Positions 56,360 through 64,000 of a stretch of 64,000 nt of DNA are shown here, one piece after another. Location: NCBI GenBank assembly GCA_965249115.1, contig CBDFLI010000002.1, positions 153,859 through 217,858 of the forward strand, read 5' to 3'. The first letter of the stretch is position 1, and each line of letters starts with the position of its first letter. The translations under genes were made by a program, and so were the position numbers. The notes beneath the pieces were generated by a model. That model had not been told where the DNA came from. It worked only from the letters and a program-made list of their open reading frames with translations, and ran no database searches. The stretch comes from Dehalococcoidia bacterium (lineage in GTDB: Bacteria; Chloroflexota; Dehalococcoidia; Lucifugimonadales; QGNO01).

Positions 56360-59300
56360 TTACTCGGAGGGGGATGCGCCGGAGGGGCTCGGTGACGGCT
56401 TACGCAGTACAAAGAAGTACAGGACCGGGGCTATCACTGCAATCAACCCGGCGATGATACCAATGATCAGTCCTATGGACAGTCCGGCGGCGGGTGCCGT
56501 GACTTCAAAGGTGCCGAGCTGGCCCTCTATATCTACGTTGTATACGCCGGCCTGGTCCCGGGTGACTGTAAAGGTAACCTCCCTGTTCCCTCCGGCAGCC
56601 ACTGTCACGTCCGCGGTGTCTTCAACGGCGCCGTTGATTTCCAGAGTGATAGTGCGGCTGCCCGCTGCGTCTCCGGTATTGGAGATGGTCCCTGTGATGG
56701 TGACTGCCTCTCCGGGTTCTACGGTCTGAGGTGATATCTGCAGAGCCGAGAAGCTGAACACCGCGGTGGGCACCCGGAGGACGGTGAGCGTTCCGCTGAC
56801 ACCCTCGATCTGGACGTTGTAGGTGCCTGGTTCGTCTTTGATCAGGTCGAAGATGACGGGGATGGAGGTTAGCGCTTCGATGGTTACCGACTGGCGGGTC
56901 TCTTCCAGGCCGTTGATAAGTAAGACCACATCGAATGTGCCGTCAGTCTCTCCGGTGTTTTCCACTAATACTACAATGGTGCTGCGCTCACTTGGGCTGA
57001 CCTCCCCGGGACGAATATCCAGGTTGGATACGGAAAAAGCCGCGGGAGTAAGAGACCGCGCCACAGTAAGGGTGGTGGTCAGGCCACCCACGGATATCTC
57101 ATACTCGCCAGGGAGGTCCAGAGATATGGGGAAACTGATGGGTATGGACACATTCCCAGGTATCCTGGTTGGACGGATTTCAAATAGAACGCCGTTGAGC
57201 AGGATTTCCATGTCCAGCTTGCCCGCCTGGCTTCCGCGGTTGGTTACCTGAACGGTCAGGGTTGCCGGTTCATTGGGGGCTACCACACGAGGTGATACGG
57301 ACAGGTCGGTGTAGCTGACAGAAGCGGGACTCAAGACCCTTGCGATCTCCAGAGTGGCGGTCTTGTCCTCTACTTCGACCTGGTAGGACCCTACTTCGGC
57401 CTGGGTGAGGAAGAAGAGGACCTGGCCTAGCTGCCCGGCATCAAGGGATATTTCCAAGGTGTCCACGGGCTGGCCGTTCACCTGGAGTAAGACTCCAAAG
57501 GTGCCGGCCTGACCGCCGTCATTGGTTACCTGAACGGTTATGGCCACAGGCTCATCAGGCTCCGCAACCGGTGGGTCAATGAGTAGGTCTGCGATTACGA
57601 AGTCGGCGGGAATGGGTGCCGAGGCGACAAGAGCGAATATGGAGAAGCCGTTGGGGGAGATAGCGCGGAACACCATGCGGCCCTGATCATCGGTGCCGAT
57701 AAGTTCGGTATCCAGGAACTCCAGGCTTCCGTCATCGGCCAGACGGGTCATCTGCATGGCGTCCTGGCCTCCGTTCTCGGCTACCCACGCGGGGCTGATG
57801 GCCATTGTGATGCGGACCTCTCCGATGTCGGTTACGTTATCGAGGTTAGTGCGGTCGATTTGGATGGCCACACCTACGTTGGTGATGGTGTTGCCATTGC
57901 CCCGGGCCACCAGTTCAAACCCGGCCCTGGCATCAGGGGGCAGTTGCTTCTTGGGCGTCACGGTCAAGTTGGCGTTCTCCGGCAGGCGCTGAAGGTCAGC
58001 ATCCAGCGAGAAACTAACCTCTCCCAGGGTCGGGTCATCGGCGCTGAGGTCCACCTCTTGCTCTTCCGTGACGATTCTAAGGTTTGAGACAGTCGCCGTG
58101 GCTGTGGTTCCCGTGCCCACTACTCCATCGGTCTCGGCAACCAGGCGGAGGGTGACGTTTCCCTGGTCGTCTCTTGCCAGAGGGATCTCCACAGTGTTGC
58201 CATCCACTATTACACCGCTGTCAGCGTCCTCGAAGGACTCTAACCCTACGCCGGACGTTACACCTATGGGAAGCTCGATTACGATGCCTTCATCCGTTTC
58301 CTCTACGGTCAAGGTATCTCCGGTGACGGTCACCACGTTGTTGTTGGCGTCCAAGCCAGTGGCTTCAGTGCCGATGGTGACCTCGTCCGGGACTTCAACG
58401 GCAGTGTCCAGGGAAGGCGGAACAACGGTGAATGAGGAGGACAGGCCGCCCACTGATACGGAGTAGGTTCCCGGAGCTTGACGAACAACCCGGAAAGCAA
58501 TGGTCTTTTCCCTGTCCGGGGGCAGCGTGCCTCTTTGAACGGCCTCTGTTGTGCCACCCACTGTAAGGTTGGCTTCATACGTTCCAGGTGCGCCACCGGT
58601 GTTGGCGACTGTGACGCCAACGGTGACGGGATCACCGGGGCCCACGGTCTTGGGTTCAACGGTGAGACCTGAGAACTGGATGGTGGGGCCACGTACCACG
58701 AAGCTCTCCACCAGGTCTCCGACCTGGACGGTGTGGGTGCCAGGTTCAGCACTGGTTACGTTGGTGACGTGAGCACGGCTTGCCCGCGCTGGCAGGGTGC
58801 CGATGGCGGTAAACGCGATATCGCCGTCCAGCAACATAAGTATCTCATAGCTGCCTTCCTGTTCACCGACGTTGGTAATACGGAAGTTGACGGTCACCGG
58901 TCTTCCGGCGTTGACCAGGTCCGGAGCGACCACAAGGTTGGATACCTCAAATCCGGCCGGTACCGGAACGGGTGTGGGCGGAACTGTGGGCGTTGCGGTA
59001 GGCGTTGGTGTGGGAGTGGGCGTAAAGGTAGGCGTAGCCGGAGGTATGATTATGGGAGTAGCTGTAGCCGTTGGGGTGAATGTAGGCGTGGGTGTGAAGG
59101 TGGGTGTGGGGAGTAGCTCCACCGTAAAGGCCAGGGTGGCGGTTGCCCCCAGGTTTGGTGCTGGAAGCGCTCCGTCAAGGGCCCTGACGGCGAAGGTGTG
59201 GGACCCTGGCAGGAGGGCGGCGCCACCTGGCACGGTGTAAGTGGTGACGTTGCCTATGGCGGTGAAAGCGCCCCCGTCCAGGGAGACTTCATAAGTGGCT

Positions 59301-59941
59301 ACGCCTGTACCCACGTCCACGGCAGCGGTCCAGGTGAAGGTGGGCGTGTCATCCGTTGTTGGAGAACCACCCTCTATGCTGAGGTTGGTCGGCGCCTCGG
59401 GAGGTGTTGTGTCGGGTGGTAGGGCAGGTGGAGGCGGCGCAGAAGTAGGTGTTGCCGTTGCCGCAGGGCCACCTCCTCCGCCACCATTGCCGCTAATGGG
59501 TGGAGCGGGTACGCTGAGGTCCACCTCATCCACGCCTCCCGATTGCCAGGGGACGGAGGCGACCGGCGAACCATTAAGGGTCATGGTTGCCTGGACGCCG
59601 TTGACGAAGAAGACCACAGGGTCTCCCGCTACGCCACCCTCTTTTGGTCCGGTCTCGTTATCATCACCGGCTACGCGAAATTCACGGCCAGGAGCGGAAC
59701 CGTAGGAGCCGCCTAATGTGGTGTTTACGGTGGTCGAAGTGTGGTACTCGGTGCCGTTGATCCTAGCGGACACCTGAGTGCCGTCGGACGCTGCCGACAC
59801 GCCGACGGTTACGTCACCGGAGAAGGTGTGGGGTGAGGCCGGTACCGCCTGGACCTCTCCCTGGGCCACGCTGCTGAGGAGGAGGATGGCGAGGGCCATC
59901 GTAGCGAGGACGGTGACGAACCCCAGCGCAGGTCTATTCAA
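56360..59941 (-). CDS. large cell-surface protein: signal peptide, Pro/Thr linker, six or more CARDB-like repeats, C-terminal TM anchor
   Basis: TTG start, MNRPALGFVTVLATMALAILLLSSVAQG. TPTFTPTPTFTPT linker. Repeated modules end PGTY-V-V-G---F-V. C-terminal LSIGLIIGIIAGLIAVIAPVLYFFVLRK. Confidence 0.8.
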   Translation of the reverse strand: MNRPALGFVTVLATMALAILLLSSVAQGEVQAVPASPHTFSGDVTVGVSAASDGTQVSARINGTEYHTSTTVNTTLGGSYGSAPGREFRVAGDDNETGPKEGGVAGDPVVFFVNGVQATMTLNGSPVASVPWQSGGVDEVDLSVPAPPISGNGGGGGGPAATATPTSAPPPPALPPDTTPPEAPTNLSIEGGSPTTDDTPTFTWTAAVDVGTGVATYEVSLDGGAFTAIGNVTTYTVPGGAALLPGSHTFAVRALDGALPAPNLGATATLAFTVELLPTPTFTPTPTFTPTATATPIIIPPATPTFTPTPTPTPTATPTVPPTPVPVPAGFEVSNLVVAPDLVNAGRPVTVNFRITNVGEQEGSYEILMLLDGDIAFTAIGTLPARASRAHVTNVTSAEPGTHTVQVGDLVESFVVRGPTIQFSGLTVEPKTVGPGDPVTVGVTVANTGGAPGTYEANLTVGGTTEAVQRGTLPPDREKTIAFRVVRQAPGTYSVSVGGLSSSFTVVPPSLDTAVEVPDEVTIGTEATGLDANNNVVTVTGDTLTVEETDEGIVIELPIGVTSGVGLESFEDADSGVIVDGNTVEIPLARDDQGNVTLRLVAETDGVVGTGTTATATVSNLRIVTEEQEVDLSADDPTLGEVSFSLDADLQRLPENANLTVTPKKQLPPDARAGFELVARGNGNTITNVGVAIQIDRTNLDNVTDIGEVRITMAISPAWVAENGGQDAMQMTRLADDGSLEFLDTELIGTDDQGRMVFRAISPNGFSIFALVASAPIPADFVIADLLIDPPVAEPDEPVAITVQVTNDGGQAGTFGVLLQVNGQPVDTLEISLDAGQLGQVLFFLTQAEVGSYQVEVEDKTATLEIARVLSPASVSYTDLSVSPRVVAPNEPATLTVQVTNRGSQAGKLDMEILLNGVLFEIRPTRIPGNVSIPISFPISLDLPGEYEISVGGLTTTLTVARSLTPAAFSVSNLDIRPGEVSPSERSTIVVLVENTGETDGTFDVVLLINGLEETRQSVTIEALTSIPVIFDLIKDEPGTYNVQIEGVSGTLTVLRVPTAVFSFSALQISPQTVEPGEAVTITGTISNTGDAAGSRTITLEINGAVEDTADVTVAAGGNREVTFTVTRDQAGVYNVDIEGQLGTFEVTAPAAGLSIGLIIGIIAGLIAVIAPVLYFFVLRKPSPSPSGASPSE

Positions 59942-59947
59942 CGGGCA

Positions 59948-59994
59948 CCCGCTCTGGTCCGTTGGTTTCGCCCCGCTCTGGTCCGTTGGTTTCG
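59948..59994. repeat. tandem duplication (2 x 23 bp, 24-bp period) just upstream of the surface-protein start
   Basis: CCCGCTCTGGTCCGTTGGTTTCG at 59948..59970 and again at 59972..59994. Confidence 0.8.
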
Positions 59995-60195
59995 CATTGT
60001 AGTGGGTTGATACATGTCAGTCAGTGAGAAGCCCTCCTTTTTGCTCGCAGACTGTTGGTCATTGCTGCGTCAGGAGGGCCCTCAATTCAACTCAAGATGC
60101 GGATGGCATACTTGCCTACCCTATTTGTGATTTCCAGGGCATTTGTGCCCTGCTTATGGTTCTGCTTCCTCCTGAGTTGCTCTCCGTTCTTTAGG

Positions 60196-63100
60196 CTATG
60201 GTGTGATGAGGCCGTCAGCCACAACGAACAGCCAGAAGCCTTCACCCCTGTTGACTGCGTCCGGTGTTGGCACGGCCTGGCGAGATTCGAAGGCACCCAG
60301 CGTCTGGGTCACCCTGTCCTTAATGGACAGGGCACCGGCGTTCTCGTAGTCAAAGGTCACACCGTTCTGGAAGTTCAGGAGCGATGTCCAGACCCTGGCG
60401 GGGAAGGTGACACCGGCCAAGAACTGGTCCACGTTCTTGTCGCCTTCCGTATGCGGGCCAACCATATTCCAACCGGTCAATACCGTGAATACTGGCGGGA
60501 CATCGCTCGGGGTCAGGAACTGGCCAGACGTGGTCATGGTCATGCATGAGAAGCTGGGGGTAGTGAAGCCCGGCAGCGGGTCGGCCTGTTGGAATATGTC
60601 CTTGAAGACTCCTGTAGTTTCCTCGAACTTGGTCTTGGTGAATATCCAGTAGGCTTTACCCTCGCTCAGGTTTGACAGGGTGTCAGAACCAAGACCGGCA
60701 AACACCTCGAAGGTGGAGGTAGCCGCGTCGTAGTAAGTGATGGACTCCACGACATCTGATAGTTTGACCGTCGTAGTGGGTAGGAAGCTAGTGAATTCTG
60801 AATTGACGTTGGGCACCACTTGGCCGAGGAGTGTGTCGATGTCACCGGCCAGCAGTGAGCCCGCGCCGTCGGGATCATCGGGCTGGATGGGCACCGATAC
60901 AAGGTTGGCGTTCTGCTGGAGGCAACTGTTCCACGCGGTCATACTGGCGACAACGGTTGCCGACACAGTGGTCTCAGTGGTGTTGCCCGCCCCATCAGTG
61001 GCCCTAACAATTAGAGATAGAGGCCCAGGAGGCGCAGTGGGCGAAATCACGGTTGGGAATATGTGAGAACCTGTAGTCTGCCACTGGTCTCGGAGGACTT
61101 CCGGTACCTGGGACGCTTCAAACATCGCCTGGCCAGGCGACGAGAAGATCTCAACACTGGCAACGCCGGTCTCGGCGTCAGAGGCGGTTATCTGGTACAC
61201 CACCGGGTCACCCGGCTTGGCGGAATCAAAGGTGAACGGATAGATGGTGCTGAGGGCTGTCAGCGTCGGCCCTGCGATGTCCACTGTTACCGTGGCCAAC
61301 GGGTCACCGGCTGGGTTGGATTCCAGGCCTCCAGCGTCCACGAGGTTAACCACTATGTCGTTGCTGCCGTTCTTGAGGTTGACGATAGTAGAGAAGGTCG
61401 GGTCCGCCGAGTCGAAGGTCTTCTTGGAGAGGACCAGCTTATCGTTTACCTTGACCGTCAACAGCGAGGGGTTGTCCTCGACGTAGGTGCCAAACACCAC
61501 CTGGACGGGGTTGTTGGTTTCCAAAGGCTCCACGCCGTTGGCCAGTGTGGTCAGGAGGCCGTCGCCGTTGATGTCCTCGCCCTCATCGAGGACGCCGTTA
61601 CTGTTCACGTCCTCGGTCAGCAGCAGGGTGAGGATGGGGTTGCTGATGTCCAGGGATATGGTGATGCTGTCGGTCGCGGTCTGGGGGTCGTAGGCGGTGC
61701 GACTGGCGGTGACGAGTATGTCGTTGCTACCGGGCGCCAGGGGGAATGCACCGCTGAAAGTCCCGTTGACTACGGGTAGCGGGTCAACATCGGTAGCAGC
61801 ACCAGCACCGACGATCGAGACGTCGTCAACAAACCAGCCCTCGAAATCATTGACGGTACCGTCCACGGTGTCAAAGGCAAACTGGATGGCCCCTGTCTGT
61901 CCGACGAAGTCGTCCAGGGGAAGGTTGACCTGGGTGAAGACGGGAGCGGGTCCGGCAAATATTGCGGTTGGTATGTACACCAGGTCATAAGGCGCAATGA
62001 AGGAGTTGGAGAAGACTGTACCAGGGGCGGCACCGAACAGCGGAAAGCCGTCAGGCCCGGTGGGCGGAATGTCAACTATCTGAGCTATGGTGATGGGCGA
62101 GCCGCCAGACGGCACTATGTTGATGAGCTTCTTGTCGAAGATGAAGTTCGGCTCCGTGAAGTACCAGGTCCAGAAGCTGAGCTCTGAGTTCTCACCAATG
62201 GTGAAGTCGTCGCTGGTAGCGGTACCGCTATTCGTGCCGAAGGTGTTGTAGGTATAGAGAGGTCCCGGAGGCGCGGTGCCAACGTTATCGGCGTCTCTGG
62301 TGTAGGCCAGAGAGAAGGTACCGGCATTGACCCTGGGGTTACCCGGGTCTATGAAGTCGTCGGTTGCGTGCCACAACCCCGTGGTGGTGAAGCTGTCCAG
62401 TGAACCGCCTTCGAAGGTGGCGGGGCCCAACAAGGTGGTGGACGGCAGGTCAATGCCCAGAGTCACGGTAGTAACTGTGGGGTCGTTGACCGTTCCCGTC
62501 ACTGTGATGGGCGTGCTGGTAAAGGAGTCGCCATCCGATGGGTCGGTAATAGCTACGACCAGAGTTGGCACGGTCTCAATGGTAAACAGCACAGTCTCGG
62601 TATCGGTAGGATTGTGGGTGACGGCAAAGGTGGCCTTGTAGTCACCGGCGACGGTGGTCTCGGGTGGGGGCGCGCCGGGCACGCCGGCCTTGAAGACCTG
62701 TTGCGAGTCGTCGGTAAAGAGGACCACGTCACCGCGCTGTGTCAGACCGGTTATACTAAAGGGTGGGAATGTAGTCACGGGCTTGAAGTCGGTTATCTCA
62801 CCGGTCGACGGGTCAATGAACCAGAACTCGGCAAATTTACCTCCGAGAAGGAATGGGCCAGTTGGAGCGCCTGTCACCAGGGTGATGGACTCCAGACCGA
62901 ATGGTGACGGGATCGAAAAACCGGTAGTAAACAGGGTTGTGCTAAAGGTCACGGTAGCGGTGGCCGGATCAACGAAGAACAGGTCGTCGCTGAACTGGGA
63001 CATCAGTATAAGCTCAGTGCCGGCGGAGTTCACGGTCATGCCACCGATGGACCCCACAAAGCCTGGCAGTGATTTCGGGTAGTCTGAGTCAATCGTCCCA

Positions 63101-64000
63101 TTGGAGGGATCCACTTTAATCAACGAGGGTGGAAAGTCCAGGTTATTGACGGTGTAAAGGGAGCCACCCAAGAAGGCGAGGCCTTCTACGCCGCTCGTTG
63201 GAGCGTCAAAGAAATTGATTTGAGTACCGCTGTCGTTAACTTCAATGATCTTATCGCACGGGACGCCGCAGTTATTGGTACCAGCGTTGTCCATCAGGAG
63301 GAAAATGTTGCCGCTGGGGTCGTTGGTAATGGCCCTGGCAAAGTCACCGCCGCCACCGCCTGCTAAAGCGGTTGAGTAGATCTTGCCCTGGGATGCAGAC
63401 TCCGACAGGTACACCACGCCGGGACCGGCGATATCAAAGGCGATACCCGTTACGTTGGTGAGGGGGGTGCCGGAGTCCTCAACGTCAAAGGAGCCAAATA
63501 ACGCACCGCCCAGGTCAAATAGACCCAGCTTGCCGCCGAAGGCGCCTGCCACGGCGGACTCAGGGTCAATAAACGCCACGTCATTGTAGCCGCCGCCCGT
63601 AGGCGCGGCGGGGATATCGAGGTCTATCCCTGGCAAGCCGTCACTTGCCCTCCTGGCCCAAACAGGTATGGCGCCTGTGGGGGTGGAGTTCAGGTCGGAG
63701 GCTATCAGCCAGCCCACATCGCCATCTGAGTAGGGGTTGATGCCGAGGCCGGCAATGGGAACAGAACCCGGCAGCGCAAATGGTGTGTCGGAGAGCGCAG
63801 ACAGGCCGGTACCAGTCAACGTGCCAATCTTTATGAGTTCTTTATCAGGAGACGAAGTGCCTCGCGCGATCCACACGCTACCTGGAGTAGTAAAGCCCGT
63901 ACCCGGGTCTCCCTGCCAGGTCACGTCCTGAGCATCGGAGACGCCCACATCTATGACGTCGAAGATGAATCCAAAGGTCGGGTCAACCACCAGCAGAGTA
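60196..64000 (-). CDS. very large secreted / cell-surface protein, N-terminus outside the window (beta-propeller/NHL-like and Ig-like regions)
   Basis: An ORF of more than 1264 aa, open to the window edge. It is Gly/Thr/Asp-rich with repeated beta-strand patterns, and no enzymatic motif was recognised. Confidence 0.7.
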   Translation of the reverse strand, partial: TLLVVDPTFGFIFDVIDVGVSDAQDVTWQGDPGTGFTTPGSVWIARGTSSPDKELIKIGTLTGTGLSALSDTPFALPGSVPIAGLGINPYSDGDVGWLIASDLNSTPTGAIPVWARRASDGLPGIDLDIPAAPTGGGYNDVAFIDPESAVAGAFGGKLGLFDLGGALFGSFDVEDSGTPLTNVTGIAFDIAGPGVVYLSESASQGKIYSTALAGGGGGDFARAITNDPSGNIFLLMDNAGTNNCGVPCDKIIEVNDSGTQINFFDAPTSGVEGLAFLGGSLYTVNNLDFPPSLIKVDPSNGTIDSDYPKSLPGFVGSIGGMTVNSAGTELILMSQFSDDLFFVDPATATVTFSTTLFTTGFSIPSPFGLESITLVTGAPTGPFLLGGKFAEFWFIDPSTGEITDFKPVTTFPPFSITGLTQRGDVVLFTDDSQQVFKAGVPGAPPPETTVAGDYKATFAVTHNPTDTETVLFTIETVPTLVVAITDPSDGDSFTSTPITVTGTVNDPTVTTVTLGIDLPSTTLLGPATFEGGSLDSFTTTGLWHATDDFIDPGNPRVNAGTFSLAYTRDADNVGTAPPGPLYTYNTFGTNSGTATSDDFTIGENSELSFWTWYFTEPNFIFDKKLINIVPSGGSPITIAQIVDIPPTGPDGFPLFGAAPGTVFSNSFIAPYDLVYIPTAIFAGPAPVFTQVNLPLDDFVGQTGAIQFAFDTVDGTVNDFEGWFVDDVSIVGAGAATDVDPLPVVNGTFSGAFPLAPGSNDILVTASRTAYDPQTATDSITISLDISNPILTLLLTEDVNSNGVLDEGEDINGDGLLTTLANGVEPLETNNPVQVVFGTYVEDNPSLLTVKVNDKLVLSKKTFDSADPTFSTIVNLKNGSNDIVVNLVDAGGLESNPAGDPLATVTVDIAGPTLTALSTIYPFTFDSAKPGDPVVYQITASDAETGVASVEIFSSPGQAMFEASQVPEVLRDQWQTTGSHIFPTVISPTAPPGPLSLIVRATDGAGNTTETTVSATVVASMTAWNSCLQQNANLVSVPIQPDDPDGAGSLLAGDIDTLLGQVVPNVNSEFTSFLPTTTVKLSDVVESITYYDAATSTFEVFAGLGSDTLSNLSEGKAYWIFTKTKFEETTGVFKDIFQQADPLPGFTTPSFSCMTMTTSGQFLTPSDVPPVFTVLTGWNMVGPHTEGDKNVDQFLAGVTFPARVWTSLLNFQNGVTFDYENAGALSIKDRVTQTLGAFESRQAVPTPDAVNRGEGFWLFVVADGLITP

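Noticed and set aside
58960-59110. Highly repetitive GT/GG-rich DNA that resembles a tandem repeat or array.
   Set aside because: It is the coding sequence (minus strand) of the Pro/Thr linker TPTFTPTPTFTPTATATP of the surface protein. It is low-complexity coding DNA, not a CRISPR or satellite array.
59948-59994. Possible CRISPR-like repeat.
   Set aside because: There are only two adjacent copies, no spacers and no cas genes, so it is a simple tandem duplication.
60030-60152. Inverted repeats in the gap between the two surface-protein genes (GCCCTCC...GGAGGGC and CAGGGCA-TTTG-TGCCCTG), as terminators.
   Set aside because: Neither has a convincing U-tract on the minus strand, and the first has a loop of about 36 nt. 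I noted them but did not annotate them.

Overview
This is a GC-rich (about 58-62%) bacterial chromosomal window. Gene content and style are Chloroflexota-like, but that is only a guess. I found no rRNA, no intact tRNA and no CRISPR array.

**Left 35 kb: mostly housekeeping and catabolic genes**
- An acyl-CoA carboxylase beta subunit with a small epsilon-like subunit.
- Citramalate synthase behind an Ile-type T-box leader, divergent from a threonine dehydratase-like gene.
- An ECF sigma factor with a frameshifted anti-sigma gene.
- A six-gene, hydrolase-rich operon with a divergent amidase.
- A frameshifted tandem-HD/LuxR regulator.
- glcDEF and an alanine-glyoxylate aminotransferase, separated by an AT-rich islet. 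The islet carries an intact IS3-family element with a 5-bp target duplication, inserted into a small gene that can be reconstructed.
- DUF3090/SCO1664, an inositol monophosphatase and queF.

**About 35.98-53.0 kb: a putative 17-kb integrative element**
- It is bounded by a 10-bp direct repeat and lies next to an orphan 3' half of tRNA-Lys(UUU).
- It carries an HNH-fusion gene.
- It carries a composite Type I R-M operon: hsdM, hsdS, an unknown gene with an Rx4H motif, a fossil hsdR 5' end, GIY-YIG/DUF4357, hsdR and a CPBP protease.
- It carries a duplicated replication-relaxation protein.
- It carries a module of HTH, tail-anchored Xis-like HTH, rhomboid protease, RHH and a large serine recombinase.

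**Right end**
- A methyltransferase, a GYD protein and a rhodanese-CBS gene.
- ispH, which has no canonical start codon upstream of its essential GFCAG motif.
- Two very large cell-surface proteins.

**Most interesting leads**
1. The rhodanese-CBS gene has two in-frame UGA codons exactly at the two Cys positions of its C-x4-C active-site loop, with a SECIS-like hairpin 12 nt downstream. It is a candidate double-Sec selenoprotein.
2. The serine-recombinase operon contains a membrane-tethered Xis-like HTH protein next to a rhomboid protease.
3. The Type I R-M locus is a mosaic with nested nuclease, HEPN-like and Abi-type genes.

All functional calls come from motif recognition by eye. No database search was run.
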